A stretch of DNA of 64,000 bases from Bdellovibrionales bacterium (GTDB lineage: Bacteria; Bdellovibrionota; Bdellovibrionia; Bdellovibrionales; JAGQZY01): NCBI GenBank assembly GCA_964230645.1, contig CAXRHT010000002.1, forward strand, positions 320,001 to 384,000. The letters run 5' to 3'. The notes under the pieces are model-generated. The model searched no databases. It worked only from the letters and a program-made list of their open reading frames with translations, and was not told where the DNA came from. Shown here piece after piece: positions 9,943 through 19,537 of the stretch. How positions within the stretch are numbered: position 1 is the first letter of the stretch; each line of letters starts with the position of its first letter. A program made the position numbers and the translations under genes.

Positions 9943-11121
9943 ATGACCCAAGAACCCTCTATTGCCATTATGATCCACGACCTGAAAAGCGTGGAAGGTC
10001 ACAGCTCCTCGATGCTCGAAATTGCAAAAAGGTTGAATAAGAAATTCCCTCTTGAAATCCACTCCTACACTCTTGAAGATGATCCTGACTGGGGTAATAT
10101 TCAGCACATTCCCTATGAAAATCGGATGAGTGGATCGAAAATATTGAAATCTCTGAATTACCACTGGAGCAGTTGGAAAAAATTGAGACAAAGCGAAACT
10201 CGTTGGGTGCAATCAACCGGAGTGTCTTCATTCAAATGTGATGTGATTCATGTTCCTTTGATCAATCATACTTGGGCTAGAGTGAAAGACAAAATTACTC
10301 CTTTAAGTCATCAGAATCTATTCAGTAAAGCCTTTGACGAGTCTGTGAGTTCCTACAAACTCTACTTAGAAAAAAAGATTTTTCAGAACGATAAAAAATT
10401 TATCGCCGTTTCTCATGCTGTCAAAAAAGAGCTCATGGAATTTTTTGATATTTCCTCAGAGAATATTGAGATCATATACTATGGCGTTGACTCCGATCAT
10501 TTTATTCCATGGTTTGGTTTCGAAGGAAAAAGGCAAGAGATCCGTCAGCAGATGGGCTTAAAGGAGTCAGAGTTTGTCTTACTGCAAATGGACGCCTTCA
10601 CTCCCCGACGAGGCTTGCTGCAAGGCTTGCAGGTGCTTTCCGTCTTAAAGAAAAATAAACTCGATCAGGTTAAATTATTGGCCGTCGGTGATGGCGATCA
10701 GCGGCTTTTTGAAAGGTGGGTTGCAAAGTTGGATCTTAAAGATCGAGTGATTTTTGAAAGCCCGAAGCGCTCCTTGCGCGACTATTATTGGGCGGCCGAC
10801 ACTCTCTTCTTTCCCAGTTACTATGAGCCCTTTGGACTCTATGCCCTAGAGGCTCTTTCTTGCCAACTCCCCGTAGTGATCAGCCAGTGGGCAGGATGTG
10901 CCGAATTGATGAAAGACCATGAGTCTGCTTTGTTTATCGACCCTTTCTCACGTCCTGAAAAAATCTCCAATATTCTCCTTGAAGTCATTAAAGACCCTGA
11001 AAAAGCCAAGAGACTTGGTGAAAACGGCCGCAAGGTCGCAGAGAATAGGAGCTGGGACCAAGTGGGTTTTGACTATATCCGTTTTTACAAAGATCTGAAT
11101 GAAAAAGAGCCTAAAGAGTAA
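9943..11121 (+). CDS. Glycosyltransferase family 4
   Basis: IAVSHAVK, IYYGVD, FPSYYEPFGLYALEA, SWDQV. Confidence 0.9.
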   Translation: MTQEPSIAIMIHDLKSVEGHSSSMLEIAKRLNKKFPLEIHSYTLEDDPDWGNIQHIPYENRMSGSKILKSLNYHWSSWKKLRQSETRWVQSTGVSSFKCDVIHVPLINHTWARVKDKITPLSHQNLFSKAFDESVSSYKLYLEKKIFQNDKKFIAVSHAVKKELMEFFDISSENIEIIYYGVDSDHFIPWFGFEGKRQEIRQQMGLKESEFVLLQMDAFTPRRGLLQGLQVLSVLKKNKLDQVKLLAVGDGDQRLFERWVAKLDLKDRVIFESPKRSLRDYYWAADTLFFPSYYEPFGLYALEALSCQLPVVISQWAGCAELMKDHESALFIDPFSRPEKISNILLEVIKDPEKAKRLGENGRKVAENRSWDQVGFDYIRFYKDLNEKEPKE

Positions 11122-11377
11122 GCTCTTTATCAATAAGGGGGCTTTAAAAAGTTCAATATTTAGGCATCCTTACTAAAAATTACCCCCCTTTCTTTACATT
11201 AATTGTAAGACCCTGTAATTTCAGTTAATTTTTAAACCCTTAGCTCCCTTTAAATTGGCTCTGAGACTGTTTTTTTCAAGAGTGACCCGAAGGCTGTTAG
11301 GGTATTGTTAAGACGGAAAATCATTTGGACATAAGGCCGTAGGCTATGATTTTCTTTTCTTAGGGGGAAATTTCTAC

Positions 11378-12265
11378 ATGGGACTCAAGACAACTGTTGC
11401 TTTTACCTCACTGCTTGCACTGCTCCTTACTTTTCAGCCAGCTCACGCAGCACCTTCTAAAGTTAAAATTTCCACACTCAATCTTAAATGGTACGGTATC
11501 GGTGGCTTCATGTGGAATGACGCTGAAGATGAGTTCCGTAGAGAGAATATAAAAAAATTTATTGATCAGGTTCTTCACGACAGTGAAATCATTGTCTTTA
11601 CTGAAATCGTTGAAACCGCGGACCTCAAAGCGCTGATGCAAGACCGAATGGATTGTGTCACCTACGAAGGCGAATGGAGTCGTCATCAGCATGTGGTGGC
11701 TTGCTTTGAAAAAGACAAGTTCCGCGCTGAGAAGTTCGATTCTGATTATATTATTTCCGAAGCGGCCCTTGGTAGCGGTGGCCTGCGCCCGGCCCTACAG
11801 GTCAAAATTTGCGAAAAAAAGGGAGAGTGTTTTCTGCAAGTTCTTGGTGTGCATTTGGCCGCTAAGAACAAAACGGAAAAACGGGCCGAACAACTGAAAA
11901 CTGTGAATGAAAACTTAAAGCGTCAAACCAAGCGTCTTCCCACGGTCATTGCTGGAGACTTTAATTCCTACATTAAAGAACAAACCGGTGGTGACAAAGA
12001 TGATATGGAAATTTTTGAGGAAGTCCTATCTGAAGACCTTGTTCCTTTTCGCTCGGTGACCAAACATATTCCCACCTACAACTCCGGTGAACGTGGTCGT
12101 GCTTACGATCATATTGTTGTCTCTCAGGGGATATCGGTCAATCGAGTTTGGGGCTATGAGGCCTGTGCCAAAGAGCCCAATTTAGAAAAGAAGTTTATCC
12201 CTTATGGAAGTTATAGAAGGTACTACACCGATCACTGTCCTGTTACGGCAGAGATTGAACTCTAA
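11378..12265 (+). CDS. Secreted endonuclease/exonuclease/phosphatase (EEP) family protein
   Basis: Signal peptide; TLNL, GVHL, AGDFNS, YDHI and TDHCPV motifs. Confidence 0.9.
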   Translation: MGLKTTVAFTSLLALLLTFQPAHAAPSKVKISTLNLKWYGIGGFMWNDAEDEFRRENIKKFIDQVLHDSEIIVFTEIVETADLKALMQDRMDCVTYEGEWSRHQHVVACFEKDKFRAEKFDSDYIISEAALGSGGLRPALQVKICEKKGECFLQVLGVHLAAKNKTEKRAEQLKTVNENLKRQTKRLPTVIAGDFNSYIKEQTGGDKDDMEIFEEVLSEDLVPFRSVTKHIPTYNSGERGRAYDHIVVSQGISVNRVWGYEACAKEPNLEKKFIPYGSYRRYYTDHCPVTAEIEL

Positions 12266-12284
12266 ATTCTAACAAGGAGTAAGG

Positions 12285-13208
12285 ATGCTCAGAATTTTCA
12301 GCTTGTTTTTCATCATCAGCATGGCACCGCACCTCAAAGCGGGCGACATTATCGCCGAAAACCAGACCTTTTACTACGGGGCGGGCTTTGAAGCCGGAGA
12401 GATTCAAAAAATGGCTCAAACATTTGAGCCCACCACCAAAATGAGCTCGGACGCTCTCAATCCTTTTTTCCGTGGAGATTTTAAAAAGAAATTGCACCAC
12501 ATCCTCAGAAGCTATCATATCTCACGTGCCGGAGACTTTGATGAGATTGTGGAGTTTTGCCACATCGACGATGACGATCGCTGCTACAACCATTTGCGAT
12601 TGGGTTACAAAACGGCCCGCCGTAACCTTTTTGGTTTTCTTCATCTCGAAGGCACAAGCAACAGCTCTTATAAAATTGAAACTCACTACTGTGGTGAGTG
12701 GTACACTAACAACGACTTTCCCGGTGGCAATAGCCTGGGCCCTATGAAAATACCATCGGCTAATATCGTCAACACCGAGCACACTCATCCGCAGAGCCAT
12801 TTCACTAATAAATTTTCTAAGAGCCTGCAAAAAGGCGATTTACACGCTCTTTTCCCTACCGTGTCCAGCGTTAACTCCACCAGAGGCAATGAACCCTTTG
12901 GTGAAGTGGTTGAGGTGATCAATGCTCCTTGTGCAGAGTCAGCCTTAGGCAACAACAAATACCATGAGCGTGTTTTTGAGCCCGCTGAAAGAGTAAAAGG
13001 TAACGTTGCCAGAGCCAAATTTTATTTCGCCACTCGCTACGACGTCAAAATCTCGGAACACGAGGAGGAAGTCCTAAGAGCCTGGCACAAACAAGACCCT
13101 GTTGACCGCGAGGAAAAAGAAAGAGCGCAACTCATTTTTGAAATCCAACATGTGCGCAACCCTTATATCGATCACCCCGAGTGGGTCGATCAAGTCGAAG
13201 ACTTCTAA
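12285..13208 (+). CDS. Secreted endonuclease I family nuclease
   Basis: NTEHTHPQS, DLHALFPT...NSTRGN, FEP...KGNVARA.FYF..RY, W...DPVD..E..R, RNPYIDHP. Confidence 0.9.
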   Translation: MLRIFSLFFIISMAPHLKAGDIIAENQTFYYGAGFEAGEIQKMAQTFEPTTKMSSDALNPFFRGDFKKKLHHILRSYHISRAGDFDEIVEFCHIDDDDRCYNHLRLGYKTARRNLFGFLHLEGTSNSSYKIETHYCGEWYTNNDFPGGNSLGPMKIPSANIVNTEHTHPQSHFTNKFSKSLQKGDLHALFPTVSSVNSTRGNEPFGEVVEVINAPCAESALGNNKYHERVFEPAERVKGNVARAKFYFATRYDVKISEHEEEVLRAWHKQDPVDREEKERAQLIFEIQHVRNPYIDHPEWVDQVEDF

Positions 13209-13239
13209 TCAAATAAGAAAATAAAAATTTAGTTTTGAT

Positions 13240-13268
13240 AAAAAGGACTCCCAAAGAGTCCTTTTTTT
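13240..13268 (+). terminator. Intrinsic terminator
   Basis: AAAAGGACTC-CCAAA-GAGTCCTTTTTTT after the nuclease gene. Confidence 0.8.
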
Positions 13269-13299
13269 ATACCCAAAAGGAGCCAAGCTTCTTTTTCCT

Positions 13300-13378
13300 A
13301 GTGTCATCCTGAGCGGAGCGAAAGAGTGTCATCTTGAGCGGAGCGAAGGAGTGTCATCCTGAGCGGAGCGAAGGATCT
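13300..13378 (+). repeat. Three tandem 25-bp REP-like units
   Basis: AGTGTCATC(C/T)TGAGCGGAGCGAA(A/G)G at 13300, 13325 and 13350; the last continues with ATCT. Confidence 0.9.
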
Positions 13379-13636
13379 TCTTACTGTAAAGGCGCCAAGC
13401 ACCTTTTTGGATATTTTAGGGCTTGTAAAAAAAGTTTACGATTGGATCTCTTTGGGGTGTTTAATGTTTTTACAGTGAAAAGGGTCTTAAAGAGGTATAG
13501 AGCCTAAAGCGACAATGAGGGGCACCTCCTGACACTTTTATTAACTTGTTTACAATTTGCCTGCAAAAAAAACAATCAAAGCTTCAAAGCCACTATAATA
13601 GGGACAAGCCAAACGGATAAGATTTTGGAGGACAAA

Positions 13637-14011
13637 ATGAAAAACAAAAAATTCTTTGGAATGAGTTTACAAATGATTGTTGCGATAACTGTGCTATTTG
13701 GAGTTCACTCAACCTCCCAGGCCAATACGGAAGCTACATTTAAACCGATTTACAAGGTCGACCGTTGTGACTGTCTAGGGTTTAGTGAAGATATCCCTAC
13801 TTTCCTCTCCGATCTTGCGGGAACACAAGATCTTGGAATTTACGGAGAAGGACCAAGCCTTGCTCAAGCCGAAAAACAAGCACAACATATGTGTAAGGAA
13901 ACCTACCGCTCGTATGCCAGCGCCTCAGTCTCTGAAGATGTTAATTCTGTGACTCAATCGGGTTGTCAAAAGCTACAGAGCACGCCTCACGGTGAGTGGG
14001 TCAGTCTTTAA
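13637..14011 (+). CDS. Small secreted Cys-containing protein
   Basis: GGAGG RBS before ATG 13637, signal peptide, CxC motif. Confidence 0.8.
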   Translation: MKNKKFFGMSLQMIVAITVLFGVHSTSQANTEATFKPIYKVDRCDCLGFSEDIPTFLSDLAGTQDLGIYGEGPSLAQAEKQAQHMCKETYRSYASASVSEDVNSVTQSGCQKLQSTPHGEWVSL

Positions 14012-14037
14012 TGACCCAATGGTCAGAATTACCGACT

Positions 14038-14061
14038 AAAGTCCTTTAAACAAAGGACTTT
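14038..14061 (+). terminator. Probable terminator hairpin
   Basis: AAAGTCCTTT-AAAC-AAAGGACTTT. Confidence 0.55.
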
Positions 14062-14184
14062 CTGTCCTTGGCTGTCTAGTAAAATGGCAGCTAAAGTTAA
14101 AATAATTACAAGCTAGTTAACACACTCCACTTGCTTCCTAATTTTTGTGTTAAATTAAGAGGCAATTACGATAGGGGTAAAGAT

Positions 14185-14604
14185 ATGAAGCTATTATTTA
14201 TAACTCTTTTTACGCTCGTTTTTTCTATTTCTGCTCTCGCAGGAAGTGACTCTAAACGCGTTATGTACGCCGAGTGCGCCTGTGAAGTGAGTAACCAAGA
14301 TATGGTTCCGATCAACCCGGGCCATCAAGCCGTGGCCAACCCTTTTATGGGACTGGCTGGAAGTACTGAGCCTTATTTCTCTGCTCGAGGTTCTTGGAAT
14401 ATTCAAGAGGAAGACTGTGACACTGATTCAAATGGTGAGCCCAATAAAGCCTGTGGACGTGCGAAGTTCCGCGCTGAAATGAGAGCCATGGGAAGCTGCT
14501 GGGATATTGCCGAGCGCTACAACCCGAACCTTATGAGAAACGAAGTTATGGGACTCGGTGAGCTTGTTCCTGACTCTTGCCTTTTTGCTATCGAAGAAGA
14601 GTAA
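14185..14604 (+). CDS. Small secreted Cys-containing protein
   Basis: ATG 14185 starts the signal MKLLFITLFTLVFSISALA; CxC motif. Confidence 0.8.
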   Translation: MKLLFITLFTLVFSISALAGSDSKRVMYAECACEVSNQDMVPINPGHQAVANPFMGLAGSTEPYFSARGSWNIQEEDCDTDSNGEPNKACGRAKFRAEMRAMGSCWDIAERYNPNLMRNEVMGLGELVPDSCLFAIEEE

Positions 14605-14628
14605 AAAGAGAATGAAATTCTAGTTATT

Positions 14629-14658
14629 AAAAAAAGGAGCTTTTTAGGCTCCTTTTTT
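14629..14658. terminator. Bidirectional terminator
   Basis: AAAAAAAGGAGC..GCTCCTTTTTT between convergent genes. Confidence 0.8.
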
Positions 14659-15565
14659 ATTGTTTTCGCACTACCGCAAAATATATGGGGCCCCATCCTT
14701 CTTGATCAGGAAGATACTGCCGACCGTACTCAGTTTTCTCTGATTTTTGATACTCCGGTGATTCAAGTACTTTTACCTCACCCTCTTTTCGCTTTAAGAG
14801 TTTTGCAATGACTTGATCGTTTTCATAGGGCGAAATGGAACATGTGCTATAAACGATTCGTCCTCCCGGTTTCAGGCTACTAAAAGCTGAGGCCAGAAGA
14901 GAGTACTGACGAATGCCAAAGTTTTTGGAACGTTTTTCTTTCCACTCAGCCAATTCCGTTTTTTTCTGGACTACGCCCCTTTCTCCTGAACAAGGAGCAT
15001 CCAACAGAATGCGATCAAAACACTCTTTTTTAAACAAACCGATTTTTGACCCATCAACACCCGTTATCTCAATACGCTGCCGTATTTCTTTGGGTAAATG
15101 ACCCTTAAAAACGCTCATCATACGATGGCGTCTTTTCACAGAGAGTTCATTGGCCACCATCTTTCCGCTAAGATCAAATTCCTCTGCAGGATTAAATAAA
15201 CTCTCTAATAACACCAATGTCTTACCACCAGGAGCGGCACACATATCGAGAACTTGATCTCCTCTTTGAATGTCCAAAGCTTTGGCAGGAGCTAGGCTCG
15301 CAGGGTCCATGCGGTAGTAAGGTTTGATCTCTTGATTCCATAGGCTTGGATCAAAATTTTCAAGGATCTTAAAACAATGGGGCCACTCGGAAATAGCCTC
15401 CCCCACTCCCAGTTGCTCGGGATTTTTAGGAAGAGACGCGAATAAGTTTTGTCTGGCTACTTTTTCGTCTTTATGAAAGAGGGCATCAAAAATTTCAGGC
15501 CAGCGCGAGCCATAAACTTGAGTGAAATACTTTTCAAAAGCCTCTTCCCCTTTTAAGGCTTTCAC
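14657..15565 (-). CDS. RsmB/RsmF (NOL1/NOP2) RNA m5C methyltransferase
   Basis: VLDMCAAPGGKT, ILLDAPCSGE, VYSTCS...EN. Confidence 0.92.
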   Translation of the reverse strand: MKALKGEEAFEKYFTQVYGSRWPEIFDALFHKDEKVARQNLFASLPKNPEQLGVGEAISEWPHCFKILENFDPSLWNQEIKPYYRMDPASLAPAKALDIQRGDQVLDMCAAPGGKTLVLLESLFNPAEEFDLSGKMVANELSVKRRHRMMSVFKGHLPKEIRQRIEITGVDGSKIGLFKKECFDRILLDAPCSGERGVVQKKTELAEWKEKRSKNFGIRQYSLLASAFSSLKPGGRIVYSTCSISPYENDQVIAKLLKRKEGEVKVLESPEYQKSEKTEYGRQYLPDQEGWGPIYFAVVRKQ

Positions 15566-16392
15566 TGGGTACTCTTCTCTCGGCCTATTTTAAGGGAGTT
15601 AATAATTTCAACGCGATCCCTGATGGACTCAAGCCCCGCCTTTTTAACCGCGCGGTGAAGCTCTTTTGGAAATTCGGACTTGAAGGTCAAAAAAGCTTCC
15701 GAAGAAGTCCAAACTCTGAAAACCACCACTATACAATTCTCTTTAAACTCACTGACATAAAAATAAGGGGCCGGTTCATTAAGAGCGAGCGAATTTCTGG
15801 AGGCTACGTCCATAAATATTTTCTCGGTCTGACTTATACTCTCTTTATTGGAAATTAAATAAGTCACATCAAGACGACGGATCGGAAAATAACTGGTGTT
15901 ACTCACCGAACTTCCAATGACAGATTCATTGGGAATTCGCACCATCAAGTTATCTAATGTCCGCATGGTTAGAGAGAGAAGATTGCGCGAGACCACCTCG
16001 CCTCTAAAGCCATTGATTTCAATGATATTTCCCACCACAAAGGGACGCTCAAAGAAAAGAAAGAAACCACTGATTAAATTGGAAATTGGGGTTCTTGCCG
16101 CAAACGCGATAGCCAATGTTAGAACACCGGCAGCTCCTAGAATCATTTTTAAATTGATATGAATAAGCTTTAAAAACAAGAGAAGTAGGATACAGTTATA
16201 AACATAAATAACGAATTTTCTTACACTTAAAGCGGCTTGTTTGTCCTTGCGGTGACGGACAAAAAATTCAAAAATTTTATCAAAAAATTTGAGAACGACC
16301 TGACCAATGAAAAGAAATAAAAAGCCAACAAACAAATCTTTCCAGGGTAGGTCGGTTTGAATTTCAGTAAATGCGCGTGTGAGTTCTTCCAT
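15562..16392 (-). CDS. Small-conductance mechanosensitive channel (MscS family)
   Basis: Three TM segments, SNLISG..LF.ERPF.VG..I, IPN. Confidence 0.9.
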   Translation of the reverse strand: MEELTRAFTEIQTDLPWKDLFVGFLFLFIGQVVLKFFDKIFEFFVRHRKDKQAALSVRKFVIYVYNCILLLLFLKLIHINLKMILGAAGVLTLAIAFAARTPISNLISGFFLFFERPFVVGNIIEINGFRGEVVSRNLLSLTMRTLDNLMVRIPNESVIGSSVSNTSYFPIRRLDVTYLISNKESISQTEKIFMDVASRNSLALNEPAPYFYVSEFKENCIVVVFRVWTSSEAFLTFKSEFPKELHRAVKKAGLESIRDRVEIINSLKIGREKSTQ

Positions 16393-16393
16393 T

Positions 16394-17209
16394 TTACCTC
16401 ATGATCTCAGTGGCTGACTTAAAAATTGTCTTAGGAATTTTATCTCGAGGGTTTTGTATAACGGCCGCTCCCTCACCCAATCGAGTGGGTTTAAATATTT
16501 CTAAGTCCTTGATTCTCCCGTTGGAATCAATGCGAATGGACAAAGAGGACGTGATAAAAAGACCTCTTTCATCTTGATAAAGTGTTAGATAGTTCACCGG
16601 AATTTTAAGCTTCTCAATGGGAATGGGGGTCTTTGAACTATTGTGCACATAAAGATGGGTCATGGCTCGATGAGGCCTAAAAGGCAGATTCTTTTCCTTA
16701 AGAGCGGCGTGAATGCGTGTGAAAAAACAGAGTTCTCCCGTGGTTGGTGTTTCTCCAAACCAGGTTTTCACCCGGTTGAGCACAGGGATTTCATCGATCA
16801 CCTCTGTCGTCTCCGCATCACTGAGGCGAACGCTCATAGGTGTGCTCAAATAAATTTTGGCTTTCTCACCAGGGAGCACCATAAAGGTGGTATCCGGCTT
16901 CACTACAAAGGGTCTCTCGCCCAGACAAGGCGCTACTCTTAAAGAGGGGGCTTTTTTAGAGTAGGCAAAACGTTTCTCAGTGAGAAGTGTATCTGGGTAC
17001 ATGCCTTCAAAGGGAAATTGATAATGAAAGGAGGAGTCCATCCAATCGTTGGAGGTCATCCACAAAACGCGAATTTCGTTATCAATTTTTTCCAGGTACA
17101 GATCGAGTGGGCCAAAACGCAAATGAAAACTCTCTCGTTCTTTCATTTCTAGGATCGTTTGAAAGACCTTTAATTTTTCCGCTTCACTTCTTTTCAACTG
17201 GGACTCCAA
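16394..17209 (-). CDS. DUF432-like protein
   Basis: RPFVVKP, TWFGETPTTGELCF, LPFRPHRA, IPV..L.LY; upstream of mscS, a common context for this family. Confidence 0.65.
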   Translation of the reverse strand: MESQLKRSEAEKLKVFQTILEMKERESFHLRFGPLDLYLEKIDNEIRVLWMTSNDWMDSSFHYQFPFEGMYPDTLLTEKRFAYSKKAPSLRVAPCLGERPFVVKPDTTFMVLPGEKAKIYLSTPMSVRLSDAETTEVIDEIPVLNRVKTWFGETPTTGELCFFTRIHAALKEKNLPFRPHRAMTHLYVHNSSKTPIPIEKLKIPVNYLTLYQDERGLFITSSLSIRIDSNGRIKDLEIFKPTRLGEGAAVIQNPRDKIPKTIFKSATEIMR

Positions 17210-19266
17210 TCCGACAATACCACTCGCTGCCCGTTCTTCTTAGGCCTTGTACAGCCTACAAGAGAGGCCCGAGAGTAACCCCGAGCCTTTAAGTCTTTTA
17301 GAGCATTTACCCAATTTTTTGAAGAAACACCGAATACAAGGGAGCCTTGACTCATTGAGTCCCAAAGAACAGAGTTGGTGCGAGAAACGTCTTCTCTTTT
17401 AAAAGCCACATCACCCGCCACTTTCGGCCAATTGGCATCGATACCGGGGTGATTGACGTTCTGATGAAAGAGAGAATCTGTCCCCTCCCAGCGAGGGACC
17501 TCCCTAAAATTTAAAATCATCTGGTGGTGTGTTGGTATATGACGAAGACAATGGTAGAGAAAGCCCCACTCTTCAACGACAAAGGCCGCACTCACCTCAT
17601 GCTCAGCAATAAAAGATTGAAAATCCTTGAGGTCAAAAAGCAGGGGGTAATCCAGCGTCTGTTGAATCCAACGGGAGTCAAAGCCCGACTCTAAACGTCC
17701 TGCCCAAAGAATCCCGTATCCAAGGGGTCTGGTCATTAAAAGGTAATCATGTGAGTTCATCTTTTTGCCCACTTTAAAAAGGGGCTCCCCTCCAAGAGTG
17801 ACACAGAGTTGCCAGTGACTTCCATTGAAAGTGTCCCCTCCATCCATGGCGATCCCTTGCGACTCACAAAAGCTCTCTAGGCTATGGAGTGTGGTTTCAA
17901 AAATATGGCGGGTCATCTGGCTTTCCTGACTCGGCAGAGTTAAGAAAAAGCGCAAGTGGGAAGCCTTCATACCACGCGAAAGACTTTTTAGTAGAGCCAT
18001 TTCACAAATCTTTAAGGTAGACTGAAAATGATTACCCCAAGAGTTGAAACCATGAAAGGTGGTCAAAACGTAATTTTGATTTTTTGTAGACTTCGAAGAA
18101 CTTTTGCCGCGCCAGGGTCTGGACATATGATCAGCCTGATCTTTGAGTTTCAGTTCGACCTTTTTTTTAGCTTCATCAAGAACCTCAATGGAACGGAGTT
18201 CTTCAAGTTTTTTGCTCTTTCCCTGCTGCCAAGCTTTGAGCCCTTCGGTTTTGCCTGCTAGCAACGAAAACCCCTTCCACTTTTCGCCCACCAATTGCGG
18301 ATCATAGCATTGTCGTAGCTCGCTGATTTTTTGGCTTTTGCGAGAAGAATCACTAAAAATATTATGTAACAAAACTTCTGCTAAATGCGAGGGTTCATAA
18401 GCGGAAAGCCACTGTTTCTTCTTGCGCAGTAAAACGTTCTTACCGCAAACCGATAGATTCGGGATCGAAATATGAGAAAGATCCTCTTCCACCTCTATAA
18501 AGGGAGCTTCACTTTGTAAAAGTCTTCCTAGAAAATCCTTAGGTTGCCAGTGACTCAAAGGGATCAAAATATCATAGCTTAAAGCTTGCCCCCCTTCTAA
18601 CTCTAAGCAATGGGGCTTGTCGGCAATGACCTGGGCCCCGCCGAGCACACGCACTCCTTTTTTCTTTAAAACTTGGATTTGTTTTTTGTGGTGAGAGCTG
18701 AGGTTTTCAAGAGAGTCTTCTTCCAAAATAACGATATCGCAATTTTCACAAGTCTCTTGCAAGCGATGAGAAAAAACCACAGCCAACTCAATACTTAAAT
18801 GAGTCAAGCCCGTCATCACCACACGCACTTCACGAGGGCAATGACGGTGAACCTCTTTAAAGAACTGATTGAGTTTTTGATAAAAGACTTCTGGGTCAGT
18901 GAGCTTAATTTTAGAAGGGTCTTGGTGGGCCGAACGCTCAAAGGTAGGCTCACACTGAGTTTCAAGACTGAGGTGCTTGAAAGCCAAACTGCCATAACTT
19001 TCCAATTGAATAATTCCTTCTTCTCGATTGATCTGCAGACAACGATCTTCGAGGTATTCGACAGACTTACGTTGACAAGCGGTCCATAAATCCAAACTCA
19101 CATCGAGCCTTTGTTTCTCACTTAAACGATAGGGAAGAAATTCGAGAGGGAGAAGTTTTGGTTTTTCAGAGATCAAAAGGATTTGTTCTGCCATCTTATC
19201 AGGCTTAATTCCTTGAATCACTTGATAGTGGTTAAAACCACCTCCTAATAAAACAACCGGTTTCAT
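17194..19266 (-). CDS. Degenerate NADH-dehydrogenase-like / selenophosphate synthetase (SelD)-like fusion
   Basis: N-terminal VVLLGGGFNH; C-terminal GGDTFNG, DYLLMTRPLGYG, WDSMSQGSLV and ASLVG. Start placed at MKPVV. Confidence 0.7.
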   Translation of the reverse strand: MKPVVLLGGGFNHYQVIQGIKPDKMAEQILLISEKPKLLPLEFLPYRLSEKQRLDVSLDLWTACQRKSVEYLEDRCLQINREEGIIQLESYGSLAFKHLSLETQCEPTFERSAHQDPSKIKLTDPEVFYQKLNQFFKEVHRHCPREVRVVMTGLTHLSIELAVVFSHRLQETCENCDIVILEEDSLENLSSHHKKQIQVLKKKGVRVLGGAQVIADKPHCLELEGGQALSYDILIPLSHWQPKDFLGRLLQSEAPFIEVEEDLSHISIPNLSVCGKNVLLRKKKQWLSAYEPSHLAEVLLHNIFSDSSRKSQKISELRQCYDPQLVGEKWKGFSLLAGKTEGLKAWQQGKSKKLEELRSIEVLDEAKKKVELKLKDQADHMSRPWRGKSSSKSTKNQNYVLTTFHGFNSWGNHFQSTLKICEMALLKSLSRGMKASHLRFFLTLPSQESQMTRHIFETTLHSLESFCESQGIAMDGGDTFNGSHWQLCVTLGGEPLFKVGKKMNSHDYLLMTRPLGYGILWAGRLESGFDSRWIQQTLDYPLLFDLKDFQSFIAEHEVSAAFVVEEWGFLYHCLRHIPTHHQMILNFREVPRWEGTDSLFHQNVNHPGIDANWPKVAGDVAFKREDVSRTNSVLWDSMSQGSLVFGVSSKNWVNALKDLKARGYSRASLVGCTRPKKNGQRVVLSDWSPS

Positions 19267-19477
19267 GACAATCCCTCTTCTCGCCTCCTCTGTTTTCAAA
19301 ATCTTAAAAAACAGAGTCACGACTTTCTGTTAGCTGCCGTTATTCTACCGAAATCACTGGGAGTTTCTAAGAGTTAGGAATTGATCATGGTCCTTGGTCT
19401 AGCCGAGCTGCCTATTGTTTACACTCGGAGTATGAGAACTTCTCAGGGGAAGAGTTTTAACTCACTTTTCCACTTTC

Positions 19478-19511
19478 AAAAAAAAAGGTTTCCTTTGATG
19501 GGAAACCTTTT
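19478..19511 (-). terminator. Intrinsic terminator
   Basis: AAAAGGTTTCC/GGAAACCTTTT stem with an A-tract on its left, downstream of the 19538..20089 gene. Confidence 0.7.
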
Positions 19512-19537
19512 GGGTTCTGATAATTTTAAAATTAAAC

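Noticed and set aside
17194..19266. Selenocysteine recoding in the SelD-like gene
   Set aside because: No in-frame TGA; the ORF is continuous.
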